A stretch of 32,793 bases of DNA, taken from assembly GCA_049607365.1 (NCBI GenBank), contig JBMYWL010000001.1, positions 4,188 through 36,980 of the forward strand, in the 5' to 3' direction. The first letter of the stretch is position 1; each line of letters opens with the position of its first letter. This document shows positions 1-9,075 of this stretch, one piece after another. Position numbers and translations under genes: made by a program. The notes under the pieces are model-generated. The model was not told where the DNA came from. It did not search any database and saw only the letters and a program-made list of their open reading frames with translations. Source of the stretch: Alphaproteobacteria bacterium (GTDB taxonomy: Bacteria; Pseudomonadota; Alphaproteobacteria; UBA7985; JBMYWL01).

Positions 1-1
1 A

Positions 2-285
<284 letters not shown>

Positions 286-356
286 TCGCCCAAATCCTTG
301 TTTAGAAAAAGATCAAATTTAATTTAAATAATTTAACAAACATAGATTTTTTAGCC

Positions 357-776
357 ATGAACCGTTCCAGATCCTTTTCAAAATCTGCGTCATTTGCATT
401 CAGTGCAGCCTTCTGTCTGTTGGCTCTCGGTGTATCCGGCATAAATTCAACAGCGCATGCCGCAAACGTGGTTCTAAACACCAGCCAAATAAAAGGTTTA
501 TTGGCAAACCGCACAATTAAACAGGTTGATGACCAGTATTATGCGTATTACACCAGCGGTGGTCAGGTTAAAGCACTCTACGTAAATGCGGTTGAAAACG
601 GCAGCTGGTCAGTTGCCAATAATCAGGTTTGTCATCAATGGCAAACATGGAACAAAGGCAAACGGTCATGCTTTTTTGTCATTCAGGGCCAACAAGGTGC
701 CTACCGCTTTCAGGATGCAAGCGCGAATGACGGGTTCAATTTCACGTTAAAGAACGGCAATCAGCAAGGTCTTTAA
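357..776 (+). CDS. small secreted protein, possibly DUF995-like
   Basis: 139 aa. The N-terminal signal peptide (FAFSAAFCLLALGVSGINSTAHA/AN) has an AxA cleavage site. The mature part has a G-x-W-x-V...C...C pattern (GSWSVANNQVCHQWQTWNKGKRSCFFV), which is reminiscent of small periplasmic DUF995 proteins of alphaproteobacteria. That family call is from memory only. No obvious SD. Confidence 0.6.
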   Translation: MNRSRSFSKSASFAFSAAFCLLALGVSGINSTAHAANVVLNTSQIKGLLANRTIKQVDDQYYAYYTSGGQVKALYVNAVENGSWSVANNQVCHQWQTWNKGKRSCFFVIQGQQGAYRFQDASANDGFNFTLKNGNQQGL

Positions 777-807
777 CCCACTAATTCCTCAAGAGTTCCA
801 ACATAAC

Positions 808-1722
808 TTAAGAGTCTCTGTGTTTTAAGCTTATGTCATAGCCTAGAGCTTTTAAGTCACTGGCTAGGTTCTCGGCAATCGTCACAGAGCGATGTCGCCC
901 CCCTGTACAACCAATCGCCACAGTCAGGTAAGACTTTCCTTCAAGTTCGAACCTTGGCAAACTGACCTGTATCAACTTTTTTATACCGTCAAAAAAGCCA
1001 CGATACACCTCATCCGCCTTAACATAATCTGCAACCTCTTTCTCCCGACCGGTTCGGTCCTTCAAGGCTGGGTCATAATGAGGGTTCCGCAAAAAGCGTG
1101 CGTCAAACACAAAATCTGCTTCGCGTGGCAAACCGTTTCCAAACGCAAATGAAGACACGCTTACAACCATCTTGGTTTTATCTTTGGTTGGAATAAGCGA
1201 TTGAAGGTGGAAAATTAAATCTTTCGGCTTCAACAAGCTTGTATCTATGTGTAAATCCGCCAAAGTTTGTAGGTCTTTGGTCGAACTTTCTTCTGCACGA
1301 ATGCCGTCTTCCAACGGTCGGTCCATGGCAAAGGGGTGACGCCTACGCGTGGTGCTAAAACGCTGCACAAGGACAGGCGTGTCACAAGTTAGGTGAATGT
1401 GTTGCAGTTGTATTTCTGGCCATTGTCTTAAGGCCACCAACGCTCTTTGTAATATGCTTGTGTCAACAAAAGCCGGGTTTGACTGGACACTTAGAACCAA
1501 ACCGCCAAGATAAGCGTTCTCATTTTGGTCAACGCCATCGCTGCCAAACTTATCTTCAAGTGTTTGTTCAACCGAAGCTGCCCACAAACTTGTAGGCAAG
1601 CCCGAAATGACACGAAACCCAACATCTTCAAACGCTTGTTCGGCTGTACTGCGCCCAGCGCCCGATGCTGCTGTAAGGACAAAGAGTTTTAGCTTTCGAA
1701 CCGCCAATTTTTCACTCTCCAA
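808..1722 (-). CDS. rapZ: RapZ/YhbJ-family RNase adaptor-like protein with an atypical P-loop
   Basis: 304 aa and collinear with E. coli RapZ. Matching segments are TTRRRHPF (E. coli DTRRLHPL), ADFVFDARFLRNPHYDP (ADYVFDVRFLPNPHWDP) and SYLTVAIGCTGGRHRSV (SYLTVAIGCTGGKHRSV). The Walker A position reads AASGAGRS instead of GRSGSGKS. The annotated start is TTG at 1722, 8 nt after the chvG stop, and the exact start is uncertain. Confidence 0.85.
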   Translation of the reverse strand: MESEKLAVRKLKLFVLTAASGAGRSTAEQAFEDVGFRVISGLPTSLWAASVEQTLEDKFGSDGVDQNENAYLGGLVLSVQSNPAFVDTSILQRALVALRQWPEIQLQHIHLTCDTPVLVQRFSTTRRRHPFAMDRPLEDGIRAEESSTKDLQTLADLHIDTSLLKPKDLIFHLQSLIPTKDKTKMVVSVSSFAFGNGLPREADFVFDARFLRNPHYDPALKDRTGREKEVADYVKADEVYRGFFDGIKKLIQVSLPRFELEGKSYLTVAIGCTGGRHRSVTIAENLASDLKALGYDISLKHRDS

Positions 1723-1730
1723 TCAGGGTA

Positions 1731-3482
1731 TTACCTTTGTCTAAAAATCGGTAATGACAAGGTGAACTTTGCACCAACCCGTGTGCCACTTGCGCCATAA
1801 CGGTTTCCAGCGATCAGGTCACCACCATGGGCCACTGCAATTTGTTGTGATATGGACAAGCCCAGACCCGAATGGTTTCCAAAAGCAGCTTCAGGACGGT
1901 CAGTGTAAAAACGGTTAAAGACTTTGGTCACCTTGTCTTCAGGAATGCCGGGGCCTTGATCCTCAACAATAATAGACACAAAACCCGTTTTGCTTTTTCG
2001 CACAGACAAGCGAATTTCACCGTTCTCAGGGCTAAACGAACGGGCATTTGAAATTAGGTTATTTAGAACCTGACCCAAACGTCCTTCAATTCCCTTAACA
2101 AACACAGTGTTAGACTTCACACCCGACAAGGACAATAACCCTTGGCCTTCTTTACGTGTAAGGTTGCTGCTTTCAACCAACGTCGTCAGCATCTCCCTTA
2201 TGTCGACAATTTCTGAATCGCCACGGGTTAATTCAGCGTCCAAACGCGAAGCGTTAGAGATGTCGGTAATAAGTCGATCCAAGCGCTCAATGTCCGCCAA
2301 AGCAACATTCATTAACAAGGCCCGTTTATCCGGATCCTTAATCATTTGTGTTGTTTCAAGTGCAGACTTTATCGACGTTAGCGGGTTCTTAATTTCGTGG
2401 CTGACATCTGCTGCAAAGGAGTCGATGGCATCAATCCTGCTCCAAAGAGATTCCGTCATATCCCGTAAGGAATGGGACAGTTCACCAATTTCATCACGGC
2501 GTTTTGAGAAATCCGGAATTTCATATTGGTGCGGTTTACCGTTTCGTACCCTGTCGGCGCCATTCGCCAAAGCGATAACCGGACGTACAATGGTGCCAGA
2601 AAGCCAAAGCGATAACAAAACCATAATCAGCAAGGCGACCAAGAAAACCTGTAAAATTGTAATGCGGATGTCTCTAATTGCATCATCAATTCCGGTACGA
2701 TCACGGCTAACCATCAACACACCAAAAATATTTCTGTATCGACTAACAGGAACCGCCACAGACAGCACAAGCTCACCATTCGTGTCTTGCTGCACAGATG
2801 AACTCAGGTTACCCAAAAAAGCTTCACGGACGATCGAGTAGTGATCGCCAATTTGAACCGCAAGCTCGCTATAAATTGGTACGCCGATTCTGTTGGGCGA
2901 AAAAATACGCCGCCAGCTTTGTTGAATTCGGGAAAAATAGGACGATGTGGTGCCTTTAATCTCCTGAACCTCAACACGACCACCCGGGTTTTTCAACGCC
3001 AGAGAATCAACGATCATAGATCCGTCATTTCGGAACAAGCGTACGCGCGTTGAAGAACCATCAGTCAACACGTGTATCAAACGTTCAGCACGGTTTTGAA
3101 GCAACTGTTCCTGAAGTTCATCGTTTGTAAAAACCACAACGTTGGCAAGCGTTGTTGCAATCAAATGGCCTTCGTTTTGTAGTGAACGGATTTGCGACTT
3201 AACCAAACTGTCGTGATATTGGTTGGCCCAAAACAAACCAAAGACCGGAATCAACAACACAAACAGGTTGATGGCAATGATCCGCACTGTCAGGCGTGAA
3301 AACCTGAAACGCTGTTTTAAACGAGTTTTCAACCAGCCGGGCCAAACGGACAAAGCCTTTTGCACAAAGGATTTATCTTCGTGCTGGTAGTGCCCGTCAT
3401 CTAGATCGATTTCTACTTCGTCAGTGAAATCCGACGTGTTGCGTAAATTCAATAAATCTTGCTGGTTAGTCCGCGTTACCAT
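1731..3482 (-). CDS. chvG: sensor histidine kinase, ChvG/ExoS/BvrS type
   Basis: 583 aa. It has two hydrophobic segments flanking a periplasmic region, a HAMP-like linker, an H-box (FAADVSHEIKNPLTSI), and N/G boxes (LNNLISNARSF, DQGPGIP, GLGLSI). It lies 18 nt downstream of the ChvI-like regulator. ATG start at 3482. Confidence 0.85.
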   Translation of the reverse strand: MVTRTNQQDLLNLRNTSDFTDEVEIDLDDGHYQHEDKSFVQKALSVWPGWLKTRLKQRFRFSRLTVRIIAINLFVLLIPVFGLFWANQYHDSLVKSQIRSLQNEGHLIATTLANVVVFTNDELQEQLLQNRAERLIHVLTDGSSTRVRLFRNDGSMIVDSLALKNPGGRVEVQEIKGTTSSYFSRIQQSWRRIFSPNRIGVPIYSELAVQIGDHYSIVREAFLGNLSSSVQQDTNGELVLSVAVPVSRYRNIFGVLMVSRDRTGIDDAIRDIRITILQVFLVALLIMVLLSLWLSGTIVRPVIALANGADRVRNGKPHQYEIPDFSKRRDEIGELSHSLRDMTESLWSRIDAIDSFAADVSHEIKNPLTSIKSALETTQMIKDPDKRALLMNVALADIERLDRLITDISNASRLDAELTRGDSEIVDIREMLTTLVESSNLTRKEGQGLLSLSGVKSNTVFVKGIEGRLGQVLNNLISNARSFSPENGEIRLSVRKSKTGFVSIIVEDQGPGIPEDKVTKVFNRFYTDRPEAAFGNHSGLGLSISQQIAVAHGGDLIAGNRYGASGTRVGAKFTLSLPIFRQR

Positions 3483-3500
3483 TCTAAAAAAGCAACGCCA

Positions 3501-4202
3501 CTAAACGTCTTTATACCGGTACCCAACACCATACAGTGTTTCGATTTGCGAGAAGTCATCATCAGCCAACTTAAACTTTTTACGCAAACGCTTTATGTGA
3601 CTATCGATGGTACGGTCATCAACGTAAATGTGCTCGCCATACGCCGCGTCCATAAGTTGATCGCGCGTCTTAACGTGACCCGGTCTGGACACAAGAGACT
3701 TCAGAATTAGAAATTCGGTTACAGTCAATGTTATGTCACGACCATTCCAGGTACACTTGTGCTTCACAGGGTCAAGTATCAGGTTACCACGCACCATAAC
3801 CTCTTCCGAACGGTCTTTTGTAGACTCATCGTTTGAAAGTTGTTCGCGGCGCAAAATCGCACGGATACGTTCGACCAGAAGACGCTGATTGAAAGGTTTT
3901 TTGATGTAATCATCAGCACCCATTCGAAGTCCTAGGACTTCGTCAACCTCATCATCTTTTGATGTTAGGAATATCACAGGTAAGGCAGATGTTTCACGGA
4001 TGCGGCTAAGCACTTCCATTCCATCCATTCTTGGCATCTTTATATCAAGAATTGCCAAATCCACCGGTTGCATCTTGATGCTTTTTAAAGCCTCAGATCC
4101 ATCAGTAAATGTACGGACGGTGAAGCCTTCGGCTTCAAGTGTCATAGACACAGACATCAAAATGTTACGGTCGTCGTCAACCAGCGCGATTGTTTGTTGC
4201 AC
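3501..4202 (-). CDS. chvI: OmpR-family response regulator, ChvI type
   Basis: 233 aa. The receiver domain has [10 protein letters not shown] and [13 protein letters not shown]. The C-terminal winged-helix domain has the motif [13 protein letters not shown] start at 4202, preceded by AAGGA 8 nt upstream. Confidence 0.88.
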   Translation of the reverse strand: MQQTIALVDDDRNILMSVSMTLEAEGFTVRTFTDGSEALKSIKMQPVDLAILDIKMPRMDGMEVLSRIRETSALPVIFLTSKDDEVDEVLGLRMGADDYIKKPFNQRLLVERIRAILRREQLSNDESTKDRSEEVMVRGNLILDPVKHKCTWNGRDITLTVTEFLILKSLVSRPGHVKTRDQLMDAAYGEHIYVDDRTIDSHIKRLRKKFKLADDDFSQIETLYGVGYRYKDV

Positions 4203-4307
4203 TTAGCTTGTCCTTGATTGGTCTTAATTTACATAATCTTCTTAAAATCAAAATAGAGATGAAAGAAGGCTAAACCCTGTCGATTACCTGTATTTAAGAT
4301 GGATACA

Positions 4308-4342
4308 CACAAAAAGAAAGGCCAGCAAAATATTTGCTGGCC
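4308..4342 (-). terminator. intrinsic terminator oriented for minus-strand transcripts
   Basis: A perfect 10-bp stem (GGCCAGCAAA / TTTGCTGGCC, 4320-4342) has a 3-nt loop. On the minus strand it is followed by TTTCTTTTTGTG. There is no T-run on the plus-strand side. It lies about 220 nt downstream of the lpxK stop and upstream of the chvI promoter region. Confidence 0.75.
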
Positions 4343-4561
4343 AGTCAATAAAGAGGGGCATTTATAAAAGTGGTCAGTGAAATTGACCTGTTGACCATGT
4401 TTTCTGCGAACTTGAGGGTTTCGAGGGGATGAAAACAGGTGCTTAACTAAAATCTAATTATGAAACTAGAAGCAGAAAGCGGCTCGACTTAGACGGATTG
4501 TGTCACAATGAAGGCTATATCCATTCCGACTCATCAATTAAGGGAGTCTTAGGAAAATAAA

Positions 4562-5587
4562 TCAGGCAATTGTGGATTTCACCAGTTGATCTATCACATT
4601 CAAAATTTTGAACTCGTCTTTTGGCCTCAAGTCTACACGCACCAATTTGACACCCTGTTGGTGCACTTTGGACAGACGCAAATGGTCTTTGCTTGTGGTT
4701 ACAAGCGTAACCTGTCCGTACTGAGCTTCTAATTCTATTTTCAAATTCTGTAAATCTTGCAGCTCTTGTTCTGTAAATACGTGGTGGTCCGGAAAAGATC
4801 GAACCGCCAGAAGATTTGCGCCCACATTTTTTAAACTATCAAAAAATTTTTCTGGGCGGCCAATACCACTGAATGCAATCAGGTTTTTGTTTTTCAGCCA
4901 AGCGACATCTTCATCTCGCAATTCCACACGTGCTTCATACACCTTCACACTCACTGGTAGATTTTGTGGTAGCGGAAGCTTTTCATTCCCCATCACCACA
5001 ATATGTTGTGTGCGTTTAAATGCAGCGTTTAAAGGTTCACGCAAAGGACCCGCTGGTAAAACAAGCCCATTTCCAAATCCAACCTGCCTATCGACAATCA
5101 AGAAGCTAAGATCTTTGGTTAAACCGTGGTTCTGAAACCCATCATCCATCAAAATTATATCTGCACCAGCATCTTGGGCCAGTTGAGCAGATTTAACCCG
5201 GTCTCCACCAACCCAAGTTGGAAATTTGTCAACATACAACAAGGCCTCGTCACCAACCAATTCAACCGTATCAGTCAGCGTGACACGATGGTTTGATTTA
5301 CTGTGACTGCCGCCATAGCCACGCAGGAGTATGTGCGGGGAATGACCGTTGTTCTTAAGGTGGTTTGCAAGCCATAAAACAAATGGGGTTTTTCCGGCCC
5401 CACCAACCACAACATTACCCACGCATATGACGGGAACACCAACTTTTTCAGGTTTGGAAAATCTATGAGACAGCACCCCAACCAAAGCATAAAGCCAAGA
5501 CACGGGTCGTAAGCAAGAAACCAACACACGACCAAATAAAGGTGTGGGAGCCACGGAAGAATACCAAAACTTTGGTGCTCTAAACAC
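4562..5587 (-). CDS. lpxK: tetraacyldisaccharide 4'-kinase
   Basis: 341 aa. P-loop VGNVVVGGAGKTP, followed by LLRGYGG, with typical LpxK N-terminal architecture. GTG start 3 nt after the waaA stop. Confidence 0.9.
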   Translation of the reverse strand: MFRAPKFWYSSVAPTPLFGRVLVSCLRPVSWLYALVGVLSHRFSKPEKVGVPVICVGNVVVGGAGKTPFVLWLANHLKNNGHSPHILLRGYGGSHSKSNHRVTLTDTVELVGDEALLYVDKFPTWVGGDRVKSAQLAQDAGADIILMDDGFQNHGLTKDLSFLIVDRQVGFGNGLVLPAGPLREPLNAAFKRTQHIVVMGNEKLPLPQNLPVSVKVYEARVELRDEDVAWLKNKNLIAFSGIGRPEKFFDSLKNVGANLLAVRSFPDHHVFTEQELQDLQNLKIELEAQYGQVTLVTTSKDHLRLSKVHQQGVKLVRVDLRPKDEFKILNVIDQLVKSTIA

Positions 5588-5590
5588 GCC

Positions 5591-6907
5591 TTAACCCACC
5601 TGATCGGGACTTGCTGTTCCCTCAAGCTTGTCAGCGTTCAAATAAGGCGACAGGTGATGCAGTATATTAGACAAAACATTCTCGTGCAGCTTTAAGAACT
5701 CTGACGCCTGTCGTGTCTGCTTGTTCCGCTTTGTGTCATCCAGAATAAGTTCAGCAACACAGCTTTCCAATTCATCCAGCGAGCAAGCCTGACAGGCCGC
5801 ACCAGCCTGTAGAAAATCTTTGGTTAAAACACGGAAATTGTCCATGTATTTACCCAAAACAATTGCGGTACCACGCTGGGCACCTTCCACGGGGTTATGG
5901 CCACCCACACCCTGAACCAAGCTACCGCAAATCAAGCTGACCTTTGCCAAATTGAAAAAATCAGTTAACTCGCCGATTGTATCAATCAGGTAAACTTCAT
6001 GATTATCCTCTAGTGATGCACCTGAAGTTCGGGTGGCAAATTGAAGTTTGTTTTGGTTTAACAAATCCAGAACCTGTGCGCGCCGAACCGGATGTCGAGG
6101 CGCCAACAAAGTAACAAGGTTTGGAATTTTTTGCCTAAGGCGTTTATGTAATTCAATTACAATCGGCTCTTCACCGTCGTGGGTACTTGCCGCCAACCAA
6201 GCCGGTCGGTCATCCAGACCTATATTCAAACCTTGTTGTTCGCCTGTGTTTGGTTTTCGATTGTCAACCAGCTTCAAATTTCCAGCTGCGACAATGTTCT
6301 TGGCACCTAAAGATTCATATCGCTCAACCTGTTCGGAGTCTTGCACAAGGCAAAGAGAGAAAGAACCCAGTAGATGGTTGATGAACCCTTTAAAGTTCGT
6401 CCAACGATTTGCCGATCTTTGTGACATTCGTCCATTTACCAACACCAATGACACGTCTTGCAAACGGGCTTCATACAGTAAATTTGGCCACAACTCAGAC
6501 TCTACAATTAATCCCAAATCTGGCTTCCAAGTTTCAAAGAAGCGTTGAACCCATAAAGGCCTGTCGACCGGAACAAACTGATGAAATGCGCGTGCAGGCA
6601 AACGTTTCGCCAAAACAGCGGCAGACGTCACAGTCGTGCTGGTTACCAATATGTGTGACGTTGGCGACTTAACCAAAATTTGATTGATTAAAGGTAAAAC
6701 GGAAAGAGACTCACCGACAGATGCAACATGCACCCAAATCAGGTGTCCTTCGGGACGCACAAGTGAGGGCAGTCCGCGTCGCTCACTCCACCGCAACGGG
6801 TCTTCCTTGCCCTTAATACGGCGGAACCACAAAAGTACCGGAAGCACCGGCCCGATCAACATCAAAAAATATCTGTAGGTCCAAAAAGCAAACATCAGTT
6901 GAGTCAA
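5591..6907 (-). CDS. waaA: 3-deoxy-D-manno-octulosonic acid (Kdo) transferase
   Basis: 438 aa. It has an N-terminal membrane anchor, the motif WVHVASVGES, and a C-terminal GGHNPVE(G)A motif typical of KdtA/WaaA. It overlaps the upstream DUF374 gene by 4 nt. Confidence 0.9.
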   Translation of the reverse strand: MTQLMFAFWTYRYFLMLIGPVLPVLLWFRRIKGKEDPLRWSERRGLPSLVRPEGHLIWVHVASVGESLSVLPLINQILVKSPTSHILVTSTTVTSAAVLAKRLPARAFHQFVPVDRPLWVQRFFETWKPDLGLIVESELWPNLLYEARLQDVSLVLVNGRMSQRSANRWTNFKGFINHLLGSFSLCLVQDSEQVERYESLGAKNIVAAGNLKLVDNRKPNTGEQQGLNIGLDDRPAWLAASTHDGEEPIVIELHKRLRQKIPNLVTLLAPRHPVRRAQVLDLLNQNKLQFATRTSGASLEDNHEVYLIDTIGELTDFFNLAKVSLICGSLVQGVGGHNPVEGAQRGTAIVLGKYMDNFRVLTKDFLQAGAACQACSLDELESCVAELILDDTKRNKQTRQASEFLKLHENVLSNILHHLSPYLNADKLEGTASPDQVG

Positions 6908-7641
6908 ATGCCCTTTTTGTTTTTGTGTCGTCGCTCACCAGGTGTAACAACTGCTCTGCCAACCAGTTGGTCACACGCATTTTGTTGAAGGATCATGTTT
7001 TTTTCCAACTCTACGTCCGCTTCACTCTCTCTATCAGTTATTACATGCACTGGGTTTGAAAGCGAAACAACACCTTTGGAAAATGGGAACGGTATCAACA
7101 TAGAATCCCAGGAACCAAGGTTAATGCCCCATTGCGCGCTAAATGAAAAACTGACAATTGCGCAATTACTTTTGGTGGCCAGCCTTGAAATGCCGGAACT
7201 CAATCGCATTCTTGGACCTCGCGGACCATCTATCGTCAAACAGGTTGAACACCCGCTTTTCAAGCTTTGTAATACAGCAATTGCCCCCGCCAAAGCGCCT
7301 TTTGATGAAGAGCCTCGTAGTTGTTGTACATCGTAATGGGCCAAAAGTGTTTTGGTAAAATCACCATCTGTATGTTGGGAAACCAATATGGCCGCTGGGG
7401 TGTGGTGTACAAACCTTTTCCAGACAGGTGAAGCAAACAACAATCGTCCATGCCACATCGCAAAAAGGACAGGTTGCTTGTTCGCAAAAACCTTGGCTGT
7501 TTCCTCGGGAATTTGAACATCCCATCTCATCGTGAAAAAAGTAAAGCGGACATACTGGAGCAACAACCAGCCGACCAAGCTTTGAACCATGGGTTTTTTG
7601 GCAAGGTTTGTTCGAGTTCTTTTGGTTTTATTTGCCAGCAA
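6904..7641 (-). CDS. DUF374 / lysophospholipid acyltransferase-like protein
   Basis: Up to 245 aa. The motif FAMWHGRLL and the position immediately upstream of waaA are typical of the DUF374 family. The start is uncertain: TTG at 7641 overlaps the pmbA end by 14 nt, and there is an alternative ATG at 7590. Confidence 0.7.
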   Translation of the reverse strand: MLANKTKRTRTNLAKKPMVQSLVGWLLLQYVRFTFFTMRWDVQIPEETAKVFANKQPVLFAMWHGRLLFASPVWKRFVHHTPAAILVSQHTDGDFTKTLLAHYDVQQLRGSSSKGALAGAIAVLQSLKSGCSTCLTIDGPRGPRMRLSSGISRLATKSNCAIVSFSFSAQWGINLGSWDSMLIPFPFSKGVVSLSNPVHVITDRESEADVELEKNMILQQNACDQLVGRAVVTPGERRHKNKKGI

Positions 7642-8968
7642 CTGTCATGCCTTCAACACGTATAGATGGGGCATTTAGAGAGCTCTTAAAATCCAGATCA
7701 TTTGCAGGCTCCATTGACATCAACATGTCTTGCATTTGCCCCGCGACCGTCATTTCATTCACGGCCTCGCAAATCTGTCCATTCCTGATCCAGAAACCAC
7801 CAGCGCCACGGCTGTAGTCGCCTGTGGTCATGCTCAGTCCATGGCCCATCATCTCGGTGATTAAGAAGCCTTCTTCAATGTCACCAATCATTTCTTCCAC
7901 ACTTTGATGTCCAGCATGTAAATAGAAATTCGTCATGGAAGGGCCAGGTGAACCCGTCACACCTCTAGATGCATTACCTGTGGAGGCTAAACCCAGCTGA
8001 TTAGCAGTCGCCAAATCCAACACCCATGACTGTAAAACACCATCTACAACAAAGTCGCGTGCCTGCGTTTCATGTCCTTCACCATCAAATGGTTTGGAGC
8101 CTAAACCCCGAACCATTAAAGGGTTGTCAGTCAGCGTTAAACCTTTGGCCAATATGGGTTGCCCCAACTTTTCTTTCAGAAAAGATGAACCCCTTGCTAC
8201 AGAAGAACCATTTATTGCGCCAGCCACGCCAGCGATCAAAGAGCCCGACACACGCTTGTCAAACACAACCGGAATATTGGCCGTACTCTTCTTTACAGGG
8301 TTTAATCGTCCAACAGTTCTTGTTGCGGCACTTGCGCCAATAACTTCTGGTTCTTCCAGATCAGCAAAATGCCTTGCGCTGCTGTAGTCATAGTCGCGCT
8401 GCATATTTTGACCTTCACCGCCCAACACAACAACAGAAAGCGAATGACTTGACCCCTTATAGGTTCCATAAAACCCGTTAGATGTCGCAATGGCCACCCG
8501 ACTTTTACCCCAACCAGTTCCAACTGAATCTGTGCCACTAACCTTAGTGTTCTCCAGCGCTGCTGCTTCAGCACGCAAAGCACGGTCAATCAGCGATTCT
8601 GTGTCTGGTTCGAAATCATCATATAGATCCAATTCCCTGATACGCGAAGACACGTTACCAGCAAGTTGATCGGCAGGGTGCAAACCAGCAAAGGGATCAA
8701 CAGGGGCAATTTTTGCCATGGCCACCGCACGTTCTGCCAGGGTACGCAAGGTTTCGTTGTCGGATCTGTTGGTCGAAACAGACGCTATTCGCCCATCGAC
8801 AAAAATCCGTAAACCCAAATCAAAGTTTTCATCTCTTTCAAGTTGGTCAACCTTGCCGTTTCGTATGCTCAACGAAACGCCATCACTAACCAGCTCCATA
8901 CAATCTGCGGCAGTTGCCCCAGCTTGTTTTGCAGCATCTAACAAAAAGGCTAATTTGGAATCTGTCAT
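7628..8968 (-). CDS. pmbA: PmbA/TldE-family metalloprotease subunit
   Basis: 446 aa, a length and layout typical of PmbA rather than the ~480-aa TldD. The C-terminal segment (GDYSRGAGGFWIRNGQI...V) is characteristic of the TldD/PmbA fold. No partner tldD is present in the window. Confidence 0.8.
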   Translation of the reverse strand: MTDSKLAFLLDAAKQAGATAADCMELVSDGVSLSIRNGKVDQLERDENFDLGLRIFVDGRIASVSTNRSDNETLRTLAERAVAMAKIAPVDPFAGLHPADQLAGNVSSRIRELDLYDDFEPDTESLIDRALRAEAAALENTKVSGTDSVGTGWGKSRVAIATSNGFYGTYKGSSHSLSVVVLGGEGQNMQRDYDYSSARHFADLEEPEVIGASAATRTVGRLNPVKKSTANIPVVFDKRVSGSLIAGVAGAINGSSVARGSSFLKEKLGQPILAKGLTLTDNPLMVRGLGSKPFDGEGHETQARDFVVDGVLQSWVLDLATANQLGLASTGNASRGVTGSPGPSMTNFYLHAGHQSVEEMIGDIEEGFLITEMMGHGLSMTTGDYSRGAGGFWIRNGQICEAVNEMTVAGQMQDMLMSMEPANDLDFKSSLNAPSIRVEGMTVAGK

Positions 8969-8969
8969 T

Positions 8970-8988
8970 AAATTTACCGGAAATTTAC
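8970..8988 (+). repeat. direct repeat AAATTTAC-cgg-AAATTTAC (11-bp phasing) abutting the pmbA start codon
   Basis: Exact 8-mers lie at 8970-8977 and 8981-8988 in the pmbA/pip divergent intergenic region. The same 8-mer recurs at 12061-12068 and 20744-20751. Its reverse complement recurs at 20576-20583. Confidence 0.5.
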
Positions 8989-9075
8989 AAAAATAATTTG
9001 GGTGCGCTAATCGATAGGCTTAAACTTTGCGCACATTAGGGTCCAACCTCACTTCAGACCAGAGAAAACGTCATC

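Noticed and set aside
305-330. Cluster of TTAA elements (AAATTTAATTTAAATAATTTAAC) upstream of the small secreted-protein gene, considered as a CtrA box
   Set aside because: The TTAA spacings are N5 and N10, not the N7 required for TTAA-N7-TTAAC.
802-835. AT-rich imperfect hairpin (CATAACTTAA...TTAAG(C)TTATG) over the rapZ stop, between convergent genes
   Set aside because: The stem is AT-rich with a bulge and a 13-nt loop, there is no U-tract on either side, and it overlaps coding sequence. It is too weak to call a terminator.
2107-2841. 244-aa ORF on the plus strand, antisense to chvG
   Set aside because: It lies entirely inside a well-supported histidine kinase gene on the opposite strand. 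The product is Ser/Arg/Ile-rich and low complexity with no motif or SD. This is a typical antisense shadow ORF.
6048-6548. 166-aa plus-strand ORF inside waaA
   Set aside because: It is antisense to the Kdo transferase gene. It is Arg/Ser/Cys-rich with no motifs, so it is a shadow ORF.
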